DNA of 35,687 bases, taken from assembly GCF_004010195.1 (NCBI RefSeq), contig NW_025213748.1, positions 1 to 35,687 on the forward strand, in the 5' to 3' direction. The notes under the pieces are model-generated. The model was not told the origin of the DNA. It did not search any database and saw only the letters and a list, made by a program, of their open reading frames with translations. The stretch comes from Chiloscyllium plagiosum. Taxonomy: Eukaryota. Positions 21,257 through 32,530 of this stretch are shown here, in pieces. Each line of letters starts with the position of its first letter. Within the stretch, counting starts at the first letter, position 1. The position numbers and the translations under genes are program-made.

Positions 21257-24139
21257 TTTCTTTATAACGAATTGATCTTCCAAAGGTGCACAGAACTTCA
21301 GATCAACACAAATAAATCTACAATTAACACAGGATGAAATACAATCACATCTTGCAATTTCCATTCGACAGAGGCGGGAAGGAGACAGTCTCACAGGAGG
21401 ACATTGAAAGATGCAATAAAATCATCTGGGAAGGGGTTTAAACGTAATGGTCGTGAAAAAGGCTCAAATTTGGCAAATCTGCAGAGCGATATTGAGGCAC
21501 GAGGAATGAACTTGACATTGAAAATGATCGCAACGAATATATGAAATCGAACTGAAACAAAGCGTTTAAAAACATTTTTTTTAAGAAAAGGGAAAGGGCT
21601 GTTTTACATCATTTCACGTAAACCGTTAGAAAATCCTGCACATCCAATGAGGTGAGGCACGGTTTCTGGAATTGAAATACGAGCTATCTCTATCTTGATT
21701 GAGAAAAGAAGTATTATTCGTCTAATAAAGAATGGGAGATGGGCCAGAAAATGAACCGTACAAAGTATGCGGGATTAATTCAAGCTAATTTTGCAATAGC
21801 TCTCAGATAATTTAGAAACCGGGAATATGAAAGAATTAACACCGTTATTTATCAGGATAATGCAAATCGTACTGGGAGAAGGCTCGACACATCTTGGCCA
21901 AGATCAAGTCCTGCAAAAGGGAAAGTAACTGTGGAATTAATCGATACATTAAATAATACTGACTGCAGTCTCGGAAATAAGTAGCTACTTGTATTACAAT
22001 TAAATTGTTATAGTTGAGAAGGTTACTTGTACAAAATAGACTCCAGATACTGCAATCTGCCTGTTTAGAATTTCATTTTTTACGCGCAAGTTCTGCAATT
22101 TTTCTGAGATTCTATCCTCTATTTATTAAAAATAAGCCAGTAAAATGGCCCACTGAGTTTTAACGGATGTGAATTTTTTTTCAGAAAATGTAGTGTTTCA
22201 AATGTTACATTTTCCAGGAAACTGTTGGGTTTATGAAGATTTCACTGTAATATTTGCGATGATTAATGCGGAGATTTTGTGTGAAATTTAAAGCTCTCGA
22301 TGTGCACAGAGCACAGATTCATTCTGCCCAGTCAACCGTGAAATCCCAGCGAAATTCATTACACTTTAATAGTGTTAGAGAAAATGCAATTTCTCATTCC
22401 ATTAGAAAACTAGAAAATACTTTCAACTTGTCGCCTATTAAGATGTGGCAGGTGACGGGGCATTGCATGTCCACAATATAGAACGACAGGTTACAGGGAG
22501 AATTAAAACACATAATTAGGACGGAAAGATGAGATCTCAAGGATCACTGTTCAGCGTTATTTCCCTGATATGGGTTTTATGTAAATAAAGTATTGGAAGC
22601 TAATTAATACATGCTGGAGACTAATGATGATGCTGATGATATTGTATTTTATTGCATGATTTGCATTATTTTCACATTGCCATTTAACAAACCATTTCAG
22701 ACGACAGATGATTCGGAAATGGCCTGCCAATAATTGTTGGTGTGAAATATTTTAAGTAAATAAATGCATTCGATATTTGTGAGGCAGGCGTGTAAACTTA
22801 TAATCAACACCTTTTGTTCTATATTATGATTTCGAAATAGTTTGGGCTTAAACATTATCCCTATGTATGAGAAAGAGAGAGACTGGCTTGATTTACGCCT
22901 TTGTTCATCGGGCTCCTGTGAAGAGAAAAATGATTTATGTTCTAATGCGTTGTCTGTGGAAATTGAATAAACTTTAGATAATGTCTCCTTTGTGGGAAAT
23001 GACAGGAACGGACTTGATGGTAAACGTTGAGGGGGAAACAAACAATAACACATTAGATTAAGGCAAAGGAGGTGACCTTTTGGGGCAGTTTAGGAGGTGG
23101 GTTAGTTAGCAACCCTCTCCAAAACCCCGCATTAAATTCACAACACGGGACTAGCTTTGTCACCTTAGAGAAAATTAACCTGGACGATAGGTTAGAACGA
23201 AAATATCTCTAAATAACAGGGTTTAACATTAATGACGCCTCAACATTTCGTGAAAATTCGATTTCAATATGCAACTGAAAGGTTTTCCTCATTAAGTGAG
23301 TACATGTGATCATTATCGATGAAACAGCCTGACCAATGTCGGAAATGATATGTGATCATCTTGTACCTGTTTGTTTAAGTGATCAGTCACCGGCTTTCCT
23401 CCATTTAGCGTCCAAACTTAAATCTAAGGGTTCAAGGCTAATATTGCAATTTGACATCGCACACACAATTGGAAGGTAATTTCAAACTAAACGCTGAGCT
23501 GCAACTAAGCAAATCTCCGTCAACCGGACTTTATTTAAGACAAGAAGACATTAGCCTGGTCTGTGATAAAAGCGCTGTTCATTATTAACTGGGTCCCATA
23601 ATTGGTTATTGGGGACCTTCAGCTTTGTAGGCGGGAGCCGTTTTATATCAAGTTTATTAGAAACGCTGTGATGTTTTAGCAGTAATCTACACGAGTTCTA
23701 ATCGTAAAATATTGTAGAGACAGTGCCAAGAACTATTTATAGTGCGTTTACTGATAATATTTGTCAAATTTACACCAGATATTGCTAGTCCTGTTTGGTT
23801 ATATTTTGCTTTACTATTAAATCCAAAATTTTCGATTTGAGTTCAAAAAGTAAGAGCAATCCAGTCTTAAAAATATCTTCTTTAATATTACACTGGACTT
23901 GAATCGTTTGGTTTCTTTTGTTGATCACTAGGGTTTCTGACCGTGCTGCTGAGATGACAAGCTTTCCGTCCAGGTCCACTTGTAAAGATTTGGACTGAAA
24001 AGGTGGGAAATTTGCTAATATTTGGTATGTAGTCTTCTACTAGCTGAATGAAAGCCTCAAGAACTTTGAAGTCAGCTTTATTCGCCTTGAATGTAAAAAA
24101 AAAGTTTGAGGTTCCCTCTGGGCGCAAACTTTTAAAATG

Positions 24140-24275
24140 CAATTCTTTACACTTTCCATTATCATCAGATTATAATCGCTATCATTTTAACTGATTGGCC
24201 AGCCGCGGTAATGGCCAGTGTCAGCAGTAATTACAGATAGCCGCTTCGGGTGATTTGCTGATCAAACCCTTCGTC
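24140..24275. promoter_or_regulatory. Candidate conserved intronic enhancer
   Basis: Non-repetitive block dense in TF-like motifs (CAGATTATAATC, TGATTGGC, TAATGG, TGTCAG, GTAATTAC). Conservation was not tested. Confidence 0.35.
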
Positions 24276-25668
24276 AGAACCCGGAAATCTCACACAAGTC
24301 TCCGCGTTTCAAAACAAAGGAGCTTCCTTCTGCTGTTGCCATTCCCGGCTGTCCGGGAGGATACTTCTGTGGGCTTGTATTACTTTAGGAGGCGCGGGAC
24401 ATTGCGCACATTCGTAATTTTTAACAGGCGCCAGTAGCCGAGAGCATATTGAGACGCTCTTTCATCTTAATGAACCCAGTTATGAACTCGAACCCTACAT
24501 TTTATGCTGTTAAACTACCGGCCGATAATTTAATCTGCAATTTCCATCAGGTACATAATTATTTTGAACGCTAATTTTGAAATAAATCTTCACAAATATT
24601 ACGTTTTGAGAAAATAAATTTCAACTTTATATGGTTCGATTTGGACTTGGTGTTGAAACTAAAATCTTCAATATTCCATTTCATTTCGGCATGACCATCA
24701 AAGTTTGAGTATTTAAATGCCAAGCCCGATAATGGTCTAGTTACTAAATATCTTAACGGCCGCTACCTAAAGGCAAGGCGCCAGAAATAGAAGTTTAGAA
24801 CAGTGTGTTTCAATTCTCAATTCCTTCAAAATTATGCATGGTTTAAAATAGCTTTATCTTTTAACAAGAACTATACATTTGTTGTGGTGCTAGGCGCTCT
24901 CTGAAGACGAATCACTCGTTTCACACCTCATCGTATAGTCACTTCGGGAGTACATTTAAATCCTCTGCTTCTGGTTCAGATTATTGAGGGTGGCGTCTCC
25001 TGTAGAATATGTGGAAACAGTGTAAAGTGGACTGAAATTTGAGGTTGCGTTTGCTAAAGACACCGGGTGCCTTTCAAACGTCTATCTTTCGGGATCCCGC
25101 CTTCATTCCTGACTGCATGGCGGGTCGCTAATAACCCGAAACCTTGTCAAATTCTGCTCTCATCTATCTCCTTCGCTCTCAAGATTGCACGAAGGGATGT
25201 GATTTTACACATTTGGTCAACCGCATTACTTTGTTGCTGCACCGCCCGGGCAGTTCTGTCCTTTTGTTTTATTTTAACCGGGAAGCGGTTGGATTCTCCC
25301 CTACAAGTTTGCAAGTTCCTTCACCCCCAAAGCAAGGTTAAGGAAATGTAAGAAGCGAGAGATTAATGTGTTCAATGCAGCCACAGAATTACATCATGTC
25401 ATCTTAAGAACTCTGGAATACCGGAGAAAATGACATTCAAGCAACAGTGAGATGGTGAAGTTAATTCCCCGCTTGATTATAGAATGGGACAGCAGGGTTC
25501 ACTTAGTTTGGAAGTCGGCTGGGAATTTGATTGGGATACTGCAACCTGGTTAAAGATACCCTTAAGGAAAGAAGGGTTTGCACACTTCATAAACGTGTTT
25601 CCAATGTGGTTGTTCCCGCAGTGCCCCTCTCCAGCCCATCTGGCTGTGTTTTGAGGGCATGTTCTTAC

Positions 25669-26075
25669 CTGCACTCTGGATTCGGTGAGGCCGATGCGCA
25701 GAGCCAGTTCCTCTCTCATGAAGATGTCCGGATAGTGCGTCTTGGCGAAGCTCCTCTCCAGTTCGTTGAGCTGAGCCGGTGTGAAGCGGGTCCGGTGCCT
25801 CTTCTGTTTCTGCTGGCTCTGTTGTTGCTGCTGCTGTTGCTGCTGCTGCTGTTTGTCCGGGTCTTTGCCGCTGCCTGAGCCCCCACCGCCGCCTCCTCCT
25901 CCCGGGTTTGATCCGGCCGAGGTGATGCTGTCCCCGGGAAGGAGAGTCGCACCTTCCACCGTGTCTGAGCCCGGAGGGCAATCGCCCGGGTGACCAGGCT
26001 CGGAGCCCCCGGGTCCCATCCGGCACTTCACCGCCTCCCGGTGCCCGAGAAGTTCAGCCGCCGCCTCCTTCATCC
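25669..26075 (-). CDS. otp: Orthopedia exon 2 (N-terminal region, G8 and Q11 tracts, homeodomain residues 1-46)
   Basis: Acceptor CCCAG|GG ATG AAG at 26076/26075. [18 protein letters not shown]...[46 protein letters not shown]. Donor CAG|GTAAGA at 25669/25668, the classic PRD-class intron between homeodomain positions 46 and 47. Confidence 0.98.
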
Positions 26076-26449
26076 CTGGGAGACAAAAATGGAACAAAAC
26101 CAATAGAAATCAGATCGGCATCCACACACACACACACAAAAAGAGAGAAACATAAAGTGAGGATAAAAAAAAACTTTCAATCAGTTGTTAACAAGTGATA
26201 GGTTTTCCGAACTGAAAGAACGAACACAATTCTATTAAATTGATTCTAAATCAAATTATTGCAGTAATTTGAAACTAAAATAATTACTTTTAGATAGAAT
26301 TAACTCATTTTCGTTGCATTAAAGCGGAATAACGAAGAGCCTATGAGTAGGAAGCGGCAAGCCAGCAGCCCCCGGTGGTTTCGTTCCTACAGAGAGGTCT
26401 CTACATATTTTTGGGGGATTTTGGAAGGGACTTTTGCGCCAACACTCAC

Positions 26450-26486
26450 CCAGGCGAGCGTCCAGGAGGTCGGCGTGAGAGAGCAT
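26450..26486 (-). CDS. otp: Orthopedia exon 1 coding part (MLSHADLLDARL-G)
   Basis: CGCC ATG CTC TCT CAC GCC GAC CTC CTG GAC GCT CGC CTG G|GTGAGT. Good Kozak context; the phase-1 intron joins G+GG=Gly in frame with exon 2. 37+407+504 nt = 315 aa plus stop. Confidence 0.96.
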
Positions 26487-26589
26487 GGCGCACCGCTCCA
26501 GGGTGATGAGAGTGCCCTAAAAACCGGAGAGGTTTTTTTAAAAAATACAAAAAAAACTACAAATTTCTGTTTGTTGTAAAAGGGAGTCT

Positions 26590-26730
26590 CTTGCATTATA
26601 ATCTCCTTTAGAAGGACGGGGTGGTGCTTAACACTTGAATGAGCCCATGAGCAGCTCCAAATCAGGGCCAATCAAAACTCACCGCTGCAAATGTCAGAGC
26701 AAAGTGAGACTCCATTACGCATGCCTCAAG
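26590..26730 (-). promoter_or_regulatory. otp proximal promoter with NF-Y CCAAT box
   Basis: GGCCAATCA at 26666-26674 fits the NF-Y consensus, ~180 bp upstream of the ATG. AT-rich ATTATAAT at 26595-26602 may be near the TSS or TATA-like. Confidence 0.55.
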
Positions 26731-26819
26731 GCAGCTTCAGTTCACCCCCCCCCCCACCACCACCACCCCTCACCCAACCAGTCAGAAAGCACTCGGAACA
26801 TTTACAATTCTATTTCTGC

Positions 26820-27060
26820 TTTCTAAATCTGATTTATTAGCTTTCAACGTCAAATATTATGCCTTTAAATGACCTGTTCTAATTTGGATAATAGATACAA
26901 ACCAAACATAATAAAGCCAATATTACAGGAATTATATTTATCTGACTATACCTTATCTGCTCACTTTCTTTTCCTGTGCCTTAATGTAATCTATTATAAT
27001 GTAACCATAGTCAAATATTAAGGTTGCTACAATTACATAACATATCAGACCTGCACATTT
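26820..27060. promoter_or_regulatory. Candidate conserved non-coding element just upstream of the otp promoter
   Basis: AT-rich unique block with many TAAT/ATTA and TGATTTAT motifs, bounded by C-rich low-complexity tracts. Conservation was not tested. Confidence 0.4.
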
Positions 27061-28559
27061 ACGAAAAGGCTGGAATCGGTTCCCCACCACATTATATGCC
27101 TGGAACTTACATATTTTCAGAACTAAATCGGGCGGAGGAATTCAGCACCCACTTCTTCCCCCCCCCCCCCCCCCAACCCTGCGCCAAACCTTCCCAAGCC
27201 CAAGCGTAACGTGATTTCCAAAATGTTCTGATTTTTCTCCAATTGGGTTTGCAACATTCACCCGTAATAATGATGTACCAGAAGGAAGCTCTTGGTTGTA
27301 ACAAGTATGTTTGCAATCAAACACTTCACAAGTGTTCGACTTTGGACATATTTCTGAAAACTTACGGACGAGGTACAAAATTAAACCTATGTATGGGGGT
27401 TGTGAGGGTGGGGGGAATCGGCAAATTGTCAATACTATGGATTTTAACAATTTACTCGCCGCTTGAGCGGTTTGCAGAACTGTAAAAACACGTGAAGCCA
27501 TCCGTTTCTAATCTTCTGAATTCCAAAATCAGCCAACAACAAAGTTTCTGTTAGTAATATATTTCAAACCAGAGTAATTTTCAAGATCATTAGGCATTTA
27601 TCTAATTAGTGCCAAATCTATAAGCTTTTATTACGATTATTAAAACAAAATCAGTATAAATGTGCACTAATTTGCTACTGGTTTAGACTGGGCTGTCAAC
27701 GGAAAAGATCTGCTGTTGTGAATATCAGTGGAAATAGAGAGCAGGTTACAGAGTAGATGTAATTGGTGTATGAACCAGTCCATCCAAATAGTATTAGTAC
27801 TAGGGAAATCGTATCTCTTAAGACGTTTAGTTTAACACGAGAAAACATAGTGTAAGATGCGTAATAAGGCACAATTGAGACTGATGTACCTCATTGATAC
27901 AATTCATCTAGATTGTGATTGATTTTTTAAAACAAAATTGATGCAATTAAGAGAATTTATTAAGTGGTAATAAAAGTCCAAAACTGGCGTTATATAAAGT
28001 CAGTTAAAATAAGGTAGAATAAGCTAATTGTGCAGCAAGTTGACTCTCACCATCTATTAGAAAGGCCTAAAAGCAGATTCGAGAGTGAGCTTTGTAAACG
28101 CTCTGTGTAGTGAGGAGCAGACAAAGGAGGCGCCGAGACGCAGATTGTGCATTTTTGTTCTTTTCTCTGCACCTTGCCTAGATTTATTCAATTCTGCTTT
28201 TAGACACGTCAATCTTCAGAATGAATGTGAGTGGATAGGATCCTTGGCAGAGCGTTTTCATCCTGATATCGGGCAGACACACAGGCTTCCAAGCCGGGAC
28301 TCCAGATTCGAGTTTGGTGCCTGCTCCTTTCAGTCCACACGGGATGGTCTCCGAACTCTCGGTGTGCATGTGTACACGTCAATAAAATTAGGAAACCAAG
28401 GTGAAGCGGAACCTGGGGAAAGATGAGCAAGCTACTGTTAGAAGAAAATAAACCTTATCACTGCCAGAGGAAACAAACAAAAACAACAAAAAAAAATCAC
28501 GGAGTTCAGTTGTCCAGAGCCGGCAGCTGCAGCCTCAGGGAGAGACTCAGGTGTTTGAG

Positions 28560-28870
28560 CAGAGAGCCTGGTTAAATGTATTATTATCATCGCATTGTTA
28601 TAACGTGGTTAATGGAATAGAATGTCAGAAAGGAGCGTTTTGCTTTCATTCTGTAAACGCATTTCTGGTTATTGCCCGTGCTCTTCTTTTTCTATACGCC
28701 TTTTCATGTCAAATTGAGACGGTATCTGGGTATGAAAATGTATCGACTTAACGCTCCAGTTAAGTATATTTTCCGTTATAAAGAGATCATTGGTTTTATT
28801 ATTCGTTGTTTACTGCGGCCTGGTAATGGCAGCCGGGTGATTGATACCCTGCTGCATTTATGACTTCTTA
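28560..28870. promoter_or_regulatory. Candidate upstream enhancer
   Basis: Contains TTAATGG, ATTGTT (Sox-like), TGTTTAC (Fox-like), TAATGG, TGATTGAT (Pbx-like) and TTTATGA within ~300 bp of unique sequence. Confidence 0.4.
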
Positions 28871-31584
28871 CAGCGCTGTGGCGTCTCAGGTCGGAGCAGG
28901 CAGAGAAACATTTAATGCAGGTTTGAATCCAAACTTGGGCAGGGGAGAAGGGGGGTGGTGGGGGATAGTGGTTGGGGTGGGGAGGTTTTGGGGGAGGGGG
29001 GCAGTTGGTGTGATGGGGAACTCTGAGCTTGTTGCTACCAAAAGGGAGAGTAAAACAGGTAGTGACAAGCCACGCAGAAAACTGTAATGATTCACATTGG
29101 CTGGGGAGAAAGTTTAAAATGCAGACCAATTCGTTAGCTCGTCGTTAAAAAAAAAATACAATTTCTCTGTAATATGCAGTTCCTCCTTATAGATAGAATT
29201 AACTGGAACAAGTCTCCTCCAAAGAAACAGAATAGATTCAGTCCTAACAATATTAGTGTTATTCCATTTTATGCTGAATTCTGTCTCATCTGCGTTTATG
29301 AAGACACGACTGCAAGAGAAGAAATTGCTTTAAAAAGATTTGGGTGGATCTGATAGTTGCTACACGGTTCCTTGCGATGGCGATGGGGAGAGGCGGTTAA
29401 AATTATTGTCACTAAACAAAACAAAAATCACTTAGCAAATAAGTTGCAGGCAGAAATCGAGGCGAAGAGAGTCGAAACATAACTTACCACACTTTGGCGG
29501 AGACGGGTTCAATGTAGATTGCTATCTGCTCAACCTCAAAGAATTGACGGCGACCGGGTGTTTGTAACGCTCTCCGAAGCAACATCTTACCTAGGCGCTG
29601 GGGGGACAGCTCCAGTCTTGTCAGAATCGAGTTTTAAAATATAGAGCCGGGGATAAAGGAGCTCTTTACAGAAGCGATCGGTAAATTTTAAATAGGTTTC
29701 AAATTGTTACTCACACCAAAGGCAGCAGTGAACTAGCTGTCTGGATACATATTGGTTGCTCGTAATATAATTTATTTATTGAGTTTGTTTCTTATGGAAC
29801 ACAAAGATTCAATTTTATACAAACACAACGCCGTTAGGAACCAAACTAGAGAGAAAGCAGGATAACGTGGAACATGAATTCTTGTAGCTTTTTTATCATC
29901 GAGATTTGAAACTTGACATTTTTTTGGATGTTAGGTTAGATTACCATTTGCTGGTGTCCCTATCTGATGATGGGATGTTGAATTTGTTACAAGAAGAACA
30001 GATGCGTTTACCAACGTAAACTACTGCCGCTATTCTGGGTCTACTGTCCTCTTAAGTGGATACTCGGAGAATCCACAAGTTCGATCTTTCATCAGTTACA
30101 ACCAGCTAAATTTCGAACGGCGTAAATTCTGCAGATGGAGCAGGAGACACAATTGATTATAAATATTAAAGTTTCCAGTTGACACATAGACCCGCAGCAA
30201 ACCTGCCAACACTTTGGAAAGAATTGACTTAAACGTTATTGGCCAAATGTAATATTTTTTAAAAGTGTGATGAAGAAAACGACTTCAGTGAAAATAATGA
30301 CGGTGTGGAAATATATTTCCTGACTGTATCAACGTACTGGCTGTGTCTTACTGAGAAATGGCCAAGCAAATAATTCACATTAATAAACGGATTATAAACT
30401 GTTGTGGGAGTTGCAGAAATCGCCCATGCTTCTAGTCAGATGTTCAGCTATTTCTTCATCTGCTTTTGCTTAGGCAGGGCGTCCTGGTTTGATTCTATGT
30501 TTGTTTTTTATATATATATATAAATTGCTTATTTCGACCCCTGGCGTTTGAAATGAAGAGTCCACTGCAATAATTAACGATCGCACATTTCCTTATTTTC
30601 TTGCCTGATGAGAAGAATCAATTTTAATTCGCCGGCAAATTAGAGCAATACCTTTCTGTGTCATTCGGTTACATAAAACAAGCCAGTGATTGGGGTGGGG
30701 AACTTCTATATAGTTTATGCAAAAGCCGGTAAGTAAACACCCGCAGATAAAAAAAAACCTTGTAACGATCATAATTTTAATCCTTTGAAAATGTGGATAT
30801 ATAAAACTTTAATTAGCCAAAAACTTCAAAGGCGCCCGCAGCGTCCTTTCTCCCTCCATTTGTTTCTTAACAAGATACTGATAATAAGAACACATCAATC
30901 TTTTCCCCAAATAAATAAAAATAGACAAACAAACAAATTCGCCTCGAACAAGTTAATGCGGTGTATCTGAGTGGAAAGTAGATATTTTCACGCATTCTGG
31001 AGATGAGGATAGACTTTTAATAATATCACAAAAAAAACAAATGTAATTCCAGCAATTCTCAGCTCGGTTAGTTAATATTCTAACACCGTACCCCGCTCTG
31101 CTTTTTAAAAGCCAGTTAGTTCCAGAATATGACTGTCATTCAATCAGGGACCTTTCGATCCGCGTTCGTTTATTATTTGGCTATTCCAGAAGTAATATGG
31201 CTTATTTTACAAGGATGATTTTTGTTGACTTTTTTCCAACTGAGCTAATTCGGGCGTCTATATTCACTCAATTAGAGAATTCTAAAGAGAAAATCGATCT
31301 TCCATCTACAGAAATGCCAGGTTAACAAATTAGATTCTTGTTTCGTGCAGGTGATTTTGTGAGAGCGCAGACAGTTCATGAATTAGAAGTAATAAGTTGT
31401 TTGTGTGGATGTTTTTTTTTCTCTCTCTCTTTGCCGAAGCCGGGAGGATGGAGCGGGGCGAGGGGCGAGCTGCTCTGCCGGATCAGGCAGTTTGAACCTC
31501 TGCCTCGCCCCGCATCCCACCGTCGCTAAATCTTCTCAGCATCCTTCAATTAAGGGGCGCCGCGTCCCCGAATGTCTTTCGCTT

Positions 31585-31770
31585 TTCAATCGTGATTCAG
31601 CCAAAAGAAATATAATTATGGCTCCAAATAAAATAATCAGCATTGAAGAGCGATTTCGTTAATGAGATGGAGCGGCTGCATGTCACGGAGTATGGGGGTC
31701 TCATTAAACGCTGGTAATGAGGCTGGATTGTGGAGCAGGCAGAACAGGAGGGTGCTTTCTTTATAAAAAA
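31585..31770. promoter_or_regulatory. Candidate upstream conserved non-coding element next to a small CpG-rich patch
   Basis: TAATTATGG, TAATCAG, TTAATGAG, TGTCA, CATTAA and TAATGAG cluster, adjacent to GC/CpG-rich 31435-31575. Confidence 0.4.
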
Positions 31771-32354
31771 AAAATTAAAATATAAAAAATCCAACGTTTA
31801 GCAAGGGAGTCGGACAAAAAAAACAAAGACATTCCAATTTAAGAAACATTACACTCGTGATGTTATAGAATGCTAAAGGGGGTTCAACCCAAATATTAGA
31901 TTTTTCCAAATTGGAAATTTACTAGGCGGCGTCTCTGGAAGGAACTTAATGTCACTCACTACCAGGCTGTGTGTGAGAAAGAGAGAAGATCTTGGAAAAA
32001 ACTCTTGTTATGAGCAACCTGTGCAATCTTTGGCACTGCTTCAATTGAATTTTGCTGGTTTGAACATTTTGCCATCAGGTTTGCTCTGCTATCGATTTCG
32101 CTCGGACTGACCTAATTTGCTTGAATTTTGTCCAAGTGACCCAGTTCCTGGCTCTTGCCCAAGAATTTGGTTTTGGTTTTATTGGTGTCCACGCTCTGGA
32201 TGATGGAGGTCGAATGCGCTTTACGATTTTGCAGGCCTATTGTGCATTTCTCCTTGGTCAGAATGAGCAGGTGGTACCAAAGTCTGTGTCCAAGCCTCCA
32301 GTTTAATCCAATAGCTGCGCATGCCATTGCGAGAGACAGATACCAAACCCCTCA

Positions 32355-32530
32355 TCAACTTACATTTATCCCGCATATTAAATACAGTGAAGCGTCCCAA
32401 GGTCTTTCACACATTATCAAATACAATTTGACAGAGACCAACATAAAGATGCATTGCTACAGGTGACCCAAAAGATTAGATTATAAATAGAGAATTATTG
32501 GAAAAATGGATAAGTAGAGGTTTTAAAGCG
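32355..32530 (-). mobile_element. Old L2-type LINE/SINE 3' fragment
   Basis: CAACTTACATTTAT...CGTCCCAAGGTCTTTCACA.ATTATCAAATACAATTTGACA...ACAGGTGACCCAAAAG...GGTTTTAAAGCG resembles the antisense 3' end of shark L2 elements. Confidence 0.55.

Noticed and set aside
25477..26103. ORF-track N-terminus MVLFHFCLP and C-terminal extension VRTCPQ... as part of Otp; antisense poly-Leu and poly-Cys ORFs
   Set aside because: The extensions are intronic read-through beyond canonical splice sites, and the antisense ORFs are complements of the CAG tract.
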